Notes under the pieces: generated by a model
What the model saw: the letters and a program-made list of their open reading frames with translations, nothing else
Databases searched by the model: none
Told to the model about the DNA's origin: nothing
IMG/VR virus record: IMGVR_UViG_3300007960_000027
Span: 1 to 57,039 of that record
From: a virus
Lineage: Duplodnaviria; Caudoviricetes
DNA length: 57,039 bases
Direction: 5' to 3' (one strand)
Shown: positions 25,801 to 38,495 of the stretch, piece by piece
How the letters are laid out: each line of letters begins with the position of its first letter
How positions within the stretch are numbered: the first letter of the stretch is position 1
Translations under genes and position numbers: made by a program

Positions 25801-28800
25801 CGCTGATTGAGACGGTGGATGGCCCCCGAGTGGCCCGTCAGGGCCTTGTAGAGATCATCGACGTTGCTGCGCCCCAGATACCTACCTGCAGGCTCCAGCA
25901 TGTTGACCAGTCCGACGAAGGCGTCCAACGCGAACCGCTTGAGGCCAGACCGAGACGTGCCACCTGCCGCCAAGAAGTTGTCGATCTTCTGTTGATCCAG
26001 CTTGGTGAAGTCCTTGACGCGGCCGGCAGGGCCGTTGAGGCGTGCCGCGGCCCGCAGCGGGATCAGGGAGTCTTCATACAGGTTGTTGTCGGCACGCACC
26101 TCGGGGGCTGCGTCGAAAATAGTCCGGACAAGGAAGTCCACCTCGTCGAACACGCTGTCTTTGCCTGCGCCTGCCTCCGGACCGACACTCATAGCGGTAT
26201 AGTCGCGTGCCGGTCGCCGTAGAATCCGTGTTCGCACGAAGTTTGCGACGTTGCGCCAGAACTGCGTGAACGCGGAAGCCTTCCGGTCGTTGGGGTACAA
26301 CTGTGCGAGCTTGGCTTGGAACTCTTGGTTCGACATCGCCTCCGCTGCGAACTCCAGCGTGTTCTCCAGCCCATAGTCCTGATCCAGCAACGGCTCGACC
26401 TGCTTGCGAAGGCTTTCGAGGCGTGCCCGCACCGGGTTGGTAGGGTCCATCAGTGCCTTGATTGTCGCTGCGTGGATCATCTCATGCAGCAGCGTGTGCG
26501 CGTTCATACCGGTTGCGGAGTTCAGGAATATGGCATCCTGAGTGTCTTCGGCATACCCGGGGCTGGCGGCAGCCACCTCGGCTTGCTGTGCTTCTGTACG
26601 CAGCAGATAGCCACCCGGATCAATTTCACCGGTCTTTTTGTTGCGGAGAAGGTTACGTACGGTGTCCCCGCTGGCTGTGGTATATACCTTGGTCTTGCCC
26701 ACGTAGGGGATCAGACCTGCGGCCAGCTGTGAGATATACGAGTCCGTGCTTGTATCTGCCAGCAGCTGAAGCGCACCGCGCAGGTCGCCTTTGTTCAAGG
26801 CACGCACGATGTCGGGATGGAACGGAGCCTGCAGGCCATAGACGATGCTGCGGCGCGGTGCACGCAAGAGTGCATCTTTAAACCCTTCGCCGATGGCGTC
26901 GAGTTCTTCGACCGTCAGTGTGTCTGGTGTGGTCCCTTCAAACGCTTCGGTCCCGCGCAAGGCGGCTTCGGCGTCGTAGTAGGATTTCAAGAATGCGGCT
27001 TCGTTCTTATCGCGCTCCCGGCGCGTCATCTGTTCTTGGTCGAGGGCGTTACCCAGTGCGTCTGCACGGGCTTCAGTGAACTCCGCGATCTGCTCGTCCA
27101 TGTAGGCGATGCTGTCGAAAGACAGGTTCTGCTCTACCCACTCACTGGCGGCGGTCGCAGCGTTACGTCCGGTGCCTTGCTCTATTGCGCTGAGAGGCGT
27201 GGTCTTGCTGCCACGACGTATCTTCGGCACATCGGGGTCAGTGATGTCGAATGCAATAGCGGCCAGCGCGTCACCGGGATCGGGATACTTGCTGAAGTAG
27301 GCGTATGCACCTCGGGCGGTCTTGTTCTTCGTCCCCTCAAGCCGCGATTTCGGCGTGTTCAGCAGGTCAAGCAGCGTGCGTTTGTCGCCCGCTGTTGACG
27401 GATCGACCGCCGCCTCTTGCGCCAGCAGACGTGTTTCGCGGTCAGTAAGCCGGTCCTGTTCCCGCTGAAGCGCCCGGGCTTCCGCTTCGGTTTCGGCGTC
27501 CTCTACCGGCTTCAGTCGCGCACGTTCGCGTGCAATAGTGGCGGATGCGCTGTCGGCGTCAGCCTCGCGAACCAGTTCCTCGGATGCGTTGGACCGGAAC
27601 CAACTACGGAGCTGCTGGCGCAGAGACATGTTGTCTGCGCTCTCCATCATATTGATCGCGTCTTGTGTGCCTTCAGCTTCGGCCTGCTGACGCCCTGCCT
27701 CACTGCGAAGATACGACGTCACGTTGTACAACTGCGCGCTGGTCCGGTTCAGCTGCCGCTGCAGCCGATCCTTCACGACGCTAGGCTTGACGCCTTCTTC
27801 CTTGGCACGTGCACTCACCGCACGGCGGGCCAGTGCGGCTTGCAGGTCTTTGATCTCCTGCTCCAGACGCGTCTTGGTGGTCATCTGCCGCGCGATGGGT
27901 TCGCGCTGTACCGCCGCTTGTCCAGCAAGCTGTCTTCCCTGCACCCCGGAGACCCCCGCAGGGATCAGCTGCCCCGTAGGTGTAATGGTCGCACCTTCCG
28001 GACGACGCAATGTCGGCTCCGGAACCACCGGACGCCGCAAGTTGGGTGCCATTTGTTCAGCTTCGAGCGTGGGAGCAGCGGGCGTGGGAGCAGCGGGCGT
28101 GGGAGCAGCGGGCGCGCGGGCTACAGGAGCCGCAGGCGTGGGAGCAGCGGGCGTGGGAGCAGCGGGCGTGGGAGCCGCAGGCGTGGGAGCCGCAGGCGTG
28201 GGAGCCGCAGGCGTGGGAGCCGCAGGCGTGGGAGCCGCAGGTGACGCCCCCTTATAGCCTACAGGTTCGAGTTCATACGCCATAAGGTCTTCGTCGGACT
28301 TTGATTTCGCAAAGTCCGCGGGGTACTCTTGTGTAGTCTTGTCAGTAAACACCACGGCGCTGCCGTCAGGAAGCCGAGTAATCTGCACCGGGATGTCGCC
28401 TTCGTCTTCGGTGGACACGACGTATTTTGTGCTAGTGCGGACAGGCGCGGCTTCGGGCGTGGGAGCAGCGGGCGTGGGAGCAGCGGGCGTGGGAGCAGCG
28501 GGCGTGGGAGCAGCGGGCGTGGGAGCAGCGGGCGTGGGAGCCGCAGGCGCTACTGCTCCGGGCTGTTGTCCTGTTCCTCCTGCAGATTCGCGAGGGTCTG
28601 GGCTAGGAACTCCCAGTGGTGTTCCTGCAGGTGTTGCAGCTCCGGGGGTATCTTCAGGGACACTTGGTCCCCGTCCGCGTTTACCCACGCGTCGTGTAGG
28701 ACTTGGAACGCCTTCTCGACGTCCTCCATCGTCAGGCTGACCATAGACTGCTCCTTCTGACGACGCTTGACTAGGCGTAGTGCTAGATTCCGGTGCAGGG

Positions 28801-30203
28801 GCGACCTCCTTCGGCTGCGACAAGTAGTCCGTGATGGCGGTTTTGGTCTCTTTTTTGACCCCGGGCAGGCGTGCGTATCGCTGCAGTTCCTCCAAGAACC
28901 GATTGTCGGTCTCGACGACATTCTTCAGCCTAGCACGGATCGGTGCACGGGGTGCGACCTTCAACTCGTCTAGAACCACGCTGGCTGGACGCGCCGGACG
29001 CGCCAACGGTGTAGCCGGAACGGACGGGAACCCGGTTTTCTGGCGCGCTGTCGCAAGGTCGGCGGAAGAGGTCAGGTAGTCACTGATCTTGGTGCGGATT
29101 GCCGAAGGAAGAGCCGTATTCGAACGCAGCTTGGCCAGCGCCGCACGGCCTTCGGTGTCGTAGAACGGGCGGCTACCGTAGGTCTTTCGAAGCGGAACGG
29201 TTTTCGGCAGCCCCAAGTCGTCAGCCACGTCGTTAATCGTCTGCGGAAGCCCACGCGGAATACCTGCCAGCCCCGGGGCGGCTTCAGGCGCAGCTTCAGG
29301 CGCAGTTTCAGGCGCAGCTTCAAACGCATTTTGTCGGTCGAGTGCCGCCTCAAGCCCAGATGATCCTCGACTCTTACCGGGTATGGCCAAGTCCAGAAGT
29401 CCTTGCACAAGACCGCCAACGCCAGCGCCGTAACCGAGCGACTCGCCACTATTTGTAAACGTGCCCTGCTCGGGGTCGTATATACCCTGTGCGATCAGAT
29501 TTTGTGCGATTTCCGCGGCGGCCTCCTGCGCCCCTTCCACCCCTGCAGACGCCAAAGCTCGTTGCAGACGCTGTGTAATCGACAGCGTGTTTGTGTCACC
29601 TAGAACCTTGATGAACTTGATCGGTAAGACTTCACTCAAGCCTACAAGCGAACCTAAACGCGTAGCTTGATTGCGTTCGTCCAGTGTTGCACCCGCGGCC
29701 CGCGCCCGCTCAGAAGCCTCGCCCGCACCCATACCTGCTGCCATGGCCGGAGCAAGGAATTGCCCCCCCGGTACCATAGACGCTCCTATCAAAGGTACAA
29801 ACGATCCGAGAGCGGAACCAAATTTGCCTGATACCGTATCCTCAAGTCCAATGTCCGCTTGAGGTTTTAGCGCATACGCGCCGCGCCGAACGACCTCTCG
29901 TGTTGGGTCTTCCATGGACTCTGGCAGCATAGACGCCGCCCCAAGAAGGGCGGTCTCTACCGCACCGACTGCGCCACTGGCGACCCCCTTGGGAAACTCG
30001 CCGAGATAGTTAAGCAGCCCTGTGCCCTCGCCAGTGTCCAGCGGTTCTCCGATGACCTGTTCGTACTCTTTAAGGAAGCTCTGTTCGTTCGCGCGCAGGT
30101 GTGCGTCGATTCGCAGCTGCTCGTCCATAGTCGGAGAATCGCCCGAAATCAGAAACCGGTAACCTTTTCCACTAAGCGGCCCGGGTACGGTAATTTCAGC
30201 CAT
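22842..30203 (-). CDS. very large internal virion/ejection protein with zincin-like motif
   Basis: 2453 aa, last gene of the late arm; HEMIH...EFAAE; PAAPT repeats. Confidence 0.75.
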   Translation of the reverse strand: MAEITVPGPLSGKGYRFLISGDSPTMDEQLRIDAHLRANEQSFLKEYEQVIGEPLDTGEGTGLLNYLGEFPKGVASGAVGAVETALLGAASMLPESMEDPTREVVRRGAYALKPQADIGLEDTVSGKFGSALGSFVPLIGASMVPGGQFLAPAMAAGMGAGEASERARAAGATLDERNQATRLGSLVGLSEVLPIKFIKVLGDTNTLSITQRLQRALASAGVEGAQEAAAEIAQNLIAQGIYDPEQGTFTNSGESLGYGAGVGGLVQGLLDLAIPGKSRGSSGLEAALDRQNAFEAAPETAPEAAPEAAPGLAGIPRGLPQTINDVADDLGLPKTVPLRKTYGSRPFYDTEGRAALAKLRSNTALPSAIRTKISDYLTSSADLATARQKTGFPSVPATPLARPARPASVVLDELKVAPRAPIRARLKNVVETDNRFLEELQRYARLPGVKKETKTAITDYLSQPKEVAPAPESSTTPSQASSEGAVYGQPDDGGRREGVPSPTRRVGKRGRGPSVPEDTPGAATPAGTPLGVPSPDPRESAGGTGQQPGAVAPAAPTPAAPTPAAPTPAAPTPAAPTPAAPTPEAAPVRTSTKYVVSTEDEGDIPVQITRLPDGSAVVFTDKTTQEYPADFAKSKSDEDLMAYELEPVGYKGASPAAPTPAAPTPAAPTPAAPTPAAPTPAAPTPAAPTPAAPVARAPAAPTPAAPTPAAPTLEAEQMAPNLRRPVVPEPTLRRPEGATITPTGQLIPAGVSGVQGRQLAGQAAVQREPIARQMTTKTRLEQEIKDLQAALARRAVSARAKEEGVKPSVVKDRLQRQLNRTSAQLYNVTSYLRSEAGRQQAEAEGTQDAINMMESADNMSLRQQLRSWFRSNASEELVREADADSASATIARERARLKPVEDAETEAEARALQREQDRLTDRETRLLAQEAAVDPSTAGDKRTLLDLLNTPKSRLEGTKNKTARGAYAYFSKYPDPGDALAAIAFDITDPDVPKIRRGSKTTPLSAIEQGTGRNAATAASEWVEQNLSFDSIAYMDEQIAEFTEARADALGNALDQEQMTRRERDKNEAAFLKSYYDAEAALRGTEAFEGTTPDTLTVEELDAIGEGFKDALLRAPRRSIVYGLQAPFHPDIVRALNKGDLRGALQLLADTSTDSYISQLAAGLIPYVGKTKVYTTASGDTVRNLLRNKKTGEIDPGGYLLRTEAQQAEVAAASPGYAEDTQDAIFLNSATGMNAHTLLHEMIHAATIKALMDPTNPVRARLESLRKQVEPLLDQDYGLENTLEFAAEAMSNQEFQAKLAQLYPNDRKASAFTQFWRNVANFVRTRILRRPARDYTAMSVGPEAGAGKDSVFDEVDFLVRTIFDAAPEVRADNNLYEDSLIPLRAAARLNGPAGRVKDFTKLDQQKIDNFLAAGGTSRSGLKRFALDAFVGLVNMLEPAGRYLGRSNVDDLYKALTGHSGAIHRLNQRARQTVDDIMKLVPKDKTDLFNDVRLIASELQIDPRRKENFYTGYTLVYKKLNAKGEMDGVELMSYPTKAERDSALVDLNARLKQDTDAGKTASRTQARAHRDFDQETLDAYRKLRKQWVALGPDGQKAYNKVVALFENMHKETGRVLKARLDEMLPFQKKLSETLYKDIYEKILADQVVVPYQPLQRQGRFWLAYFYNDPETKQPTLAKQSFLTEGDRAAAYKELQRLQQEEPGLGITDVRAYVKINDLFGGNQTPPSKFVMDIGRMMERQARAASNAEQARVLSQGGTMDQSRAAAKAVLDAEMARASATHAEVVKLALEMTPERSILNSYRRRENIKGYLGDKTPISQKLSRTDTTNLLLQKSASLSRQLADMEYGSKARAAVNRMTQEFEDGVNSGRLGLDEQVKAQVYLEAMQDYAGAIYRDRSRISKLATSLGFGLTLGANISSATLNFFAIPTIIAPYLSGEYGMRQTVKALGNAMRVYGGSGRERVVEFINERGETETRKVTTNLVDYSLDNYDMDENSRYYYLREEARARGLLHNSINYDTLDIEGSIGTGVWEKMNRTSGFLFHHLERSVRESTLIAAYDLEVQRLQSEKAKRGRPTDLTVEEKQAAANKAAYMTEMTNGSISAAAAPKLAQGNIGAPFYLFRRYPLAMYNLLLSVANKSFPSKAKLAEMYGEGTPEYNEALMMRKVARFQFGGIVGSVGLWAGASGLPMYGAFASLFDTLFTEDDEEDFDTIVRTSLGELGFKGIGNYFFGVEVSSRIGLSNTFYREPLRADSQGAVMNLIEGAGGPIASLLIRYSERIPALLSEGEYRRAIEAALPVSLGSVVRAFRFAQNGAETLRGDVIYDDFGPYSIMAQALGFSSADYIRQLEANTQLKNIDTAIVEKKSKLMRKLNLARRNNDAVGIREVLAEIREYNKRHPQQAITRDTLKRSARTFEQTTQRAVNGMIFNNRNLPMIRQMAAEYDSPTTFWEQFGLN
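28067..28547 (-). repeat. two arrays of a 15-bp repeat encoding PAAPT
   Basis: gcgtgggagc(a/c)gc(g/a)g units at about 28067-28241 and 28457-28547. Confidence 0.9.
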
Positions 30204-30213
30204 GCCTACTCCC

Positions 30214-32576
<2,363 letters not shown>

Positions 32577-32580
<4 letters not shown>

Positions 32581-35156
32581 GCTGTAAGACCCCTATAGAG
32601 ACCGACTGCTCCGAGACCAGCACCAAGCAGCTGTTGCATCGGGTTATACGGTACGGACGTAGTCTGAGTCGTGTTCGGTGTTACCGGAATCCCGCGCATA
32701 ATCGAGTTCATGTAGTTCAGCTGCTCACGCGGATAGTCGCGCTGGGCGAGGAAGTCTTGATACGCGAGGTCCAGCGCCTGCTGCTGGCGACCCTCTATCT
32801 GTTGGCCGATAGTCTCAAGCAGCTGCGCCGACTGAATGTCGCCGGCCCGGGCCATCTCGCCAAGGTTGGCAAGCTGCTGGGCTTGTTCGCTGCTGAAGCC
32901 GAGGGCCGCAAGTTGCTGATCGCGGATGCGGGCGTTCTCATCCGCCTGTGCCGCCTCTACACGGGCGCGTTCGGCGGCGTTGCCTGCTTGAACCCGGGCA
33001 GCCTCGTCGATACTGATACCTTGCACGCGGGCCAGTTCGGCGGCCTGCGCCTGCTGGACCCGGGCGGCTTCTTCGATGCTGATGCCCTGCACGCGGGCCA
33101 GTTCGGCGGCCTGCTGCTGTTGGATGCGTGCAAACTCTTCGGCGTTGGCCGACTGCACCCGGAACCGGTCATCTGCGATCTGTTGCTGCACGCGGGCGGC
33201 TTCTTCGACGCCAATGCCTTGGGCGCGGGCAAACTCCTGCGCCCGTGCTCCTTGAACACGGCTTTGCTCTGCTGCCTGCGCGGCTTGGACTCGGGCAGCC
33301 TCTTCGATGCTAATCCCTTGCGTGCGGGCGAGTTCAGCTGCCCGCTGTTGCTGTACTCGCGCAGCCTCTTCAACACTGATACCTTGAACACGCGCTAGTT
33401 CCGCAGCTTGCTGTTGCTGAATGCGTGCAAACTCTTCGGCGTTGGCCGACTGCACCCGGAACCGGTCGTCTGCGATTTGTTGCTGCACGCGGGCGGCTTC
33501 TTCGACGCTGAGGTTGTTGGCGCGGGCGAACTCTTGCGCCCGTGCTCCTTGAACACGGCTCTGCTCGGCCGCCTGCGCGGCTTGAATCCGGGCGGCCTCT
33601 TCGATGCTGATCCCTTGTGTGCGGGCGAGTTCAGCCGCCTGCTGCTGCTGCACGCGAGCGGCTTCTTCGACACTGATACCTTGAACACGCGCTAGTTCCG
33701 CCGCCTGCTGCTGCTGGATGCGTGCAAACTCGTCCGCTGTTGCCCCCTGAATCCGCGCGTTGTCTTGGGCGATAGCGGCCTGCACCCGACCCGCCTCTTG
33801 GACGCTGAGGTTGTTGGCGCGGGCGAACTCTTGCGAGCGCTGCTGCTGGACCCGGGCGGCTTCGTCGATGCTGATCCCCTGAGTCCGGGCCAGCTCTTGT
33901 GCTTGCGCCTGCTGGAACCGGGCAGCTTCGGCGGCCTGCGCTTCTTGGACTCGGGCGGCTTCGCCCACACTGATTCCTTGCGTACGTGCCAGCTCTTGGA
34001 CCTGCGCCTGTTGCTGCTGGAATTGAGCTGCGCGATCTGCCTCGAAGCGCTGCGCGGCATCGCTGTACCCACGTTCCAGACCTTCGGCTTGGATGCGTGC
34101 CATGCGGTCCAGCATGTCTTCTTCGGCCAACCCCTCTTGGACAGCCGCCCGTGACCCACCGAAGGCTCCAGCCTCCACAGCCCGCGCATCGCGTCCTGCC
34201 CGTGCGGTTTCGTAGTCCTCCCGGGCCTTCTCTTTCTGGAGGTCCACAACATTCTGGATGTAGGGACTCATGTAGTCCTGCACCTCTGCGCCGGAGAACT
34301 GCCGGGCAGGACCGTAGTCGAATGCTGATACACCCTCGTCGCCGCGCTCGAAGCCACCGTACTGTTCAAACCCGGCGTAGGGGTCAGCTGACCCTTCGCG
34401 GAACCCCCGGAACTGCTGCACGTCGCCTTCGGCGAAGTCGGCCGCAGGGCCAAACGTTGACTGTTCGAAGTCGGAATAGGGTGTGACCGAAGTCTCTCGG
34501 AACCCGGCGTACGGGTCCGCCGCCCCGGCTTGAAAACCGCCATATTGCGAAAACTGATCTGCAAAGTCCGTTGGCTCCGCCGCTTGGAACCCGCCAAACG
34601 TGTCGAACTGGGTGCCTTCGAAGTCGGAATAAGGCGTGACCGAGGTCTCTCGGAACCCTGCATAGGGGTCCGCCGCCCCAGCTTGGAACCCGCCATACAG
34701 CGAAAACTGATCTGCAAAGTCCGTTGGCTGTGCCGCTTGGAATCCACCAAACGTGTCGAACTGGGTGCCTTGGAACCCCATGTAGGGCGAGGCTTGGCCT
34801 GCTTGGAAGCCTGCGTACGGACTAGCGCCCGATGCTTGGAACTGCGAAGCTCCGAACTGATACGGTTGGGCCCCTGCAGCGAGCTGCTGCCCCGCCAGCA
34901 TGTTCTGCCCGGTCACACCCATTGCCGTATCTAGGCCGGGGATACCCGCGGACGCCGTCTGCCGCGTCAGGTCATACGCGGCCAGCTGGTCTGGGGTGAT
35001 GTCTGCAATGCGCTGACCGCCATAGGGTTCATAGGGCGTGAGGGACAAACCCTCCGCCCGATCCATCATCCGTTCAAAGTACGGACGCGCGTACTCAGGA
35101 AGGTTGGATGTGGTCGTTCTGCTTTCGACCTGCTGCGTGCCGCCGCCCTTACCCAT
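32577..35156 (-). CDS. internal virion (DNA transfer/pilot-like) protein with helical repeats
   Basis: MGKGGG start, YMSPYIQNVV, AGAFGGSR, repeated ELARVQGISIEEAARVQ. Confidence 0.7.
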
Positions 35157-35592
35157 CGGTTAGCTCCATCTTATACGCAATGTAGTGCGGCTCCCAGCCA
35201 TACCGGGCGAGCCACCGCCCCCACGCTTTGCGTCCATATCCTTCAAGGTGAGTGCAGCCGCAATCCTTTGCGAACTGTTGTATTGCCGGCTGTACTATAG
35301 GCAGCCACTCTTTCATGCGGCGGCCACCGATCCAATCAAGGGCGAGCCCTCGGCATTGCGGGTAGTGTATCACTCTCGTAGTGATCGCGGCAACAGGAGT
35401 TGTGCCGTCCGCTACGACCCAAAGTATCAGCACCGCCGCATCCAGATCGCGTTTAAGGTCGGCGGTTGTGAATCGTCCCGCTGCAGTACGCACCGCACCC
35501 GCCAAAAGAGGTTCGACGTCCGGCCATACGATGTCCAGAAAGTCCAGCGGGATGAACCCGAACGTCAGTGGGGTGCTTTGCGTATCTTTCAT
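35149..35592 (-). CDS. putative GNAT-fold virion assembly protein
   Basis: WIGG..M.EW, GCTHLEGYGRKAW; precedes internal proteins. Confidence 0.55.
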   Translation of the reverse strand: MKDTQSTPLTFGFIPLDFLDIVWPDVEPLLAGAVRTAAGRFTTADLKRDLDAAVLILWVVADGTTPVAAITTRVIHYPQCRGLALDWIGGRRMKEWLPIVQPAIQQFAKDCGCTHLEGYGRKAWGRWLARYGWEPHYIAYKMELTDG

Positions 35593-37133
35593 GCGGGCAA
35601 CAGTCCTCCAGCCGCCACTTGCTTCGGCTGCTGAGTCATACCGGTCCGCTCTTTTCGTACTCGGGACATCATGTCTTCAAGCTCTGCAGCGCCTGCGTCA
35701 GTAGAGCCGTTTCCGAGGCCGCTGACAACATCTGCGGGGACGATGAACTCGCCGTCGCTCAACAGCACGTCTGTACCTCCATCGTCCATCTGGGCAGGGA
35801 CGAGGTCATCCATACCGTCACCGGGACCTCTGATCTGGCCCTCCATGTCGCCGCCTTGCACTCGACCCTCGGATACGTCTGTAACGAGCTTGCGAAGGGC
35901 GTCTTCGCCGTAGGTCTGCACGAACTGGGCCAGCACGATCGCAGATTGCTCCTCTGGCAGCTCCTCGCGAACCGCCTTGATAGTCAGGGACACGAGTTCG
36001 CGTTCGTTCATGCGCGGAGCCTCCGGCGCTTCCGGCACGCGGGGAAACGCTGCATCGCCTTGGGGCATGTCCGCGATGCCGCCTTCTTGCATTTGAATGA
36101 CTCCACCGCCAGCCTTTCGGTTGACCGTGCGGTTCAGCCTACGGTCGGACTTTTTAGGTTCCGTGGCCCGGGCCTGCAGCAGGGTGGCCAAACCTGCGTC
36201 GGTACCGTCCGCAGGGGGCGTCGGGTTCAGGAACTCCGCATATTCTGCGGGGCTGGGTACGTCACCGAACATTGACCCCGGGAGCTTGCCTTCGGACGCC
36301 ATGCGCCCCAGTGCACGGAAAGTCGCTGACTCCATACCCGTGGTATTGTCCAGCCCGTAGGCAGCGCGGCGGTACCCTGCATCGAAGAAGCCTTCGGGCA
36401 TGCCCGGCATAAGCGTACCCGGCGCAATAGGCGCTCGGGGAGGCTCGTCGACCAGCCCACCTTCAGCGTAGCTAGACCCAATTGGATATGGGTCAAAGTA
36501 CAAGAACTCCTCGTCCGCACCCGGCTGGTAGTCCGCACCGGGACTATACCGTTCGCGCTCATGGGGCGCGGCCTGCGGACGGCGGTACTTCTTTGGCTTC
36601 TCCGGTTCGGGCATAAGAAGGTTGGGGGCTACAAGCCCCGGAGTCAACGCTGCGCCTAGTCCTGCTCGGGTCATAGCCCCCTGCTGCACCCCCTGTTTGA
36701 GCACATCCAGCGGCGGCGATCCTGCGGGCAGTGCCGTGCCCGGGTTCATACCGGAGGGCATATTCTTGAACATGTTGAGCATACCCCCGCCAGCGGAAGG
36801 CGGAGGCGGAGGCGGCGGGGTCAGCATAGTACCGGCGGTCGCACCAGTGGCCACGCCAGTGGCCGCTCCAGTGGCTCCAGCAGCGGCGGGTGCCCCTTGG
36901 GCAGCCTGCATAGCCGTTGTCGACCCCCCACCCATAAGACTGCCAAGAGCTGCGCCCCCAAGGCCGCCTAGAAGGCCTGCCTGCAGGCCCTTGCCCAAGT
37001 CTCCGGTTTCAATTGCGGTTCCAAGCCCGGTGCCAATGGCCCCGGCAACAAGAGGGCTGGCCAAAAGACCAGTGCCAAGCAACCCGGCCCCTGCCGCGCC
37101 CGACCCGAGAAAGCTAAGGATGAGAGGTAGCAT
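35589..37133 (-). CDS. virion protein (Gly-rich N-terminus, LSDGEFIVPADVV domain)
   Basis: 514 aa; GPGDGMDD..PA and LSDGEF motifs. Confidence 0.65.
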   Translation of the reverse strand: MLPLILSFLGSGAAGAGLLGTGLLASPLVAGAIGTGLGTAIETGDLGKGLQAGLLGGLGGAALGSLMGGGSTTAMQAAQGAPAAAGATGAATGVATGATAGTMLTPPPPPPPSAGGGMLNMFKNMPSGMNPGTALPAGSPPLDVLKQGVQQGAMTRAGLGAALTPGLVAPNLLMPEPEKPKKYRRPQAAPHERERYSPGADYQPGADEEFLYFDPYPIGSSYAEGGLVDEPPRAPIAPGTLMPGMPEGFFDAGYRRAAYGLDNTTGMESATFRALGRMASEGKLPGSMFGDVPSPAEYAEFLNPTPPADGTDAGLATLLQARATEPKKSDRRLNRTVNRKAGGGVIQMQEGGIADMPQGDAAFPRVPEAPEAPRMNERELVSLTIKAVREELPEEQSAIVLAQFVQTYGEDALRKLVTDVSEGRVQGGDMEGQIRGPGDGMDDLVPAQMDDGGTDVLLSDGEFIVPADVVSGLGNGSTDAGAAELEDMMSRVRKERTGMTQQPKQVAAGGLLPA

Positions 37134-37191
37134 GACGCCTCCAAATGTATGTCAGGGCCCACTTTAACACGTAGTGCGCCGTTTGTAACTA

Positions 37192-37398
37192 CTACCCGCA
37201 CAGCCGGGCATTGGTCTCGTTGTGCGTGACCACGTCGACCAGCAGCGCCCGGTCATTGGCCAACAGCCAGTTCACGGTGCGCTGGCTGTCAAACACTATC
37301 GGCGCGGCTATGTCGCAGTAGCTGTCAGCGGCCGTCATTCCGCAGCCACCGAGAAGCGCGGTCAGCAAGACCGCTGTCGTCCAAGATTTCCACATCAT
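37192..37398 (-). CDS. o-spanin (Rz1-like lipoprotein)
   Basis: signal peptide with lipobox LGGC, overlaps the i-spanin gene. Confidence 0.75.
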   Translation of the reverse strand: MMWKSWTTAVLLTALLGGCGMTAADSYCDIAAPIVFDSQRTVNWLLANDRALLVDVVTHNETNARLCG

Positions 37399-37558
37399 CC
37401 TTGACCTCCTTGGCCTTGCCGATCTTGTCCAGCCGGGAGCGGTCAATCTTGCTGCGCTGCCGATCAATCCCGCGCTGCACCCCGGCCATGTAGATGCCAA
37501 CGAGGCCAGCCACGAATGCCAGCGCAAGCAGCCCGTACAGTTGCAGCCGCCCCATCAT
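37325..37558 (-). CDS. i-spanin (Rz-like)
   Basis: N-terminal TM then coiled coil, directly after the endolysin. Confidence 0.7.
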   Translation of the reverse strand: MMGRLQLYGLLALAFVAGLVGIYMAGVQRGIDRQRSKIDRSRLDKIGKAKEVKDDVEILDDSGLADRASRWLRNDGR

Positions 37559-38202
37559 CTGCGGCCCGCCGCCCACGCCCGCAGGCGTTCTTTCATGATC
37601 CACAGGGCCAGCAGAACGATCAGCACACAGCCGCCAATGGCGATCAACTGCGCGTGGCCCTCAAGTGTAGCAACCGCCCCGATCCCGCCACCGATCCCGC
37701 TGGCGATCTGCGCCACCGATGCCTGCACAGTCGTGCTCTGAGCGGCGCTGGTGCGCTCTGGCGCGGCAGGCTTGCGGGCCAGCCAGCGCGGCACGTCAAA
37801 GCCCGGGCAGGCCTTGGGGGCATAATGGTTGTGGCCGCTGATTTTCTTGACGCCGTAGGTGTCAGACAGGTCCGCCAGCAGTTCGCGCAGCGCCCTGTTT
37901 TGCTCGACCGTGTAGTGATCGCTGAATTTATCGCGTTCGCTTGAGCCGTGACCACCGAACAACGCCACGCCGATAGTCCCGGTGTTGTGGCCCTTGCAGT
38001 GCGCGCCGACTTGCTCAACCGGACGGCCCTTAGCAACGGTGCCGTCTCTATCTATGAGGTAGTGATAGCCAATATTTTTCCAGCCTCGGTCGCGGGTGTG
38101 CCACAATTTCACCTCGGCGACCTTTTCAGCGGTGGTCTTGCCCTGCCACCAATCGGGGCGGGTGGCTGTGCAGTGTACGATGATCTCGTCAACAGGTCTC
38201 AT
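37555..38202 (-). CDS. N-acetylmuramoyl-L-alanine amidase endolysin with C-terminal TM segments
   Basis: IIVHCTAT, IGYHYLI, GAHCKGHN, GHN..APKACPGF (T7 lysozyme-like). Confidence 0.92.
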   Translation of the reverse strand: MRPVDEIIVHCTATRPDWWQGKTTAEKVAEVKLWHTRDRGWKNIGYHYLIDRDGTVAKGRPVEQVGAHCKGHNTGTIGVALFGGHGSSERDKFSDHYTVEQNRALRELLADLSDTYGVKKISGHNHYAPKACPGFDVPRWLARKPAAPERTSAAQSTTVQASVAQIASGIGGGIGAVATLEGHAQLIAIGGCVLIVLLALWIMKERLRAWAAGRR

Positions 38203-38495
38203 TTGTTCATCAACGCCATCTCTAGGTGCTTAATGGTTGTCTGGGCAGAGGCCAGCTGTGCCTTTAACTCTGCCATTTCAAGCAACAGTTTCTTGTTCTC
38301 AGCAGTGACTGCGTCCAGCTTCTCGGCAAGGCGGTCTACCTGCTCCCGGAGGGTGTCGTTAAACTCGCCGCGCTCTTGCTTATCGGCAAGACGTGCTTCA
38401 TGCGCCTGCTTGGCCTTCAGTGCGAAAAGCTGCCACATGCCGCCAGCGCCAACGAGGGCAATAATAACCGGCATCAGCATATCAAAGTCGGGCAT
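38199..38495 (-). CDS. putative holin-like membrane protein
   Basis: N-terminal TM plus coiled coil upstream of the endolysin. Confidence 0.5.
   Translation of the reverse strand: MPDFDMLMPVIIALVGAGGMWQLFALKAKQAHEARLADKQERGEFNDTLREQVDRLAEKLDAVTAENKKLLLEMAELKAQLASAQTTIKHLEMALMNK

Noticed and set aside
32643-32650. Isolated GTTATAC(G) half-sites in late genes
   Set aside because: No second arm; expected by chance inside coding sequence
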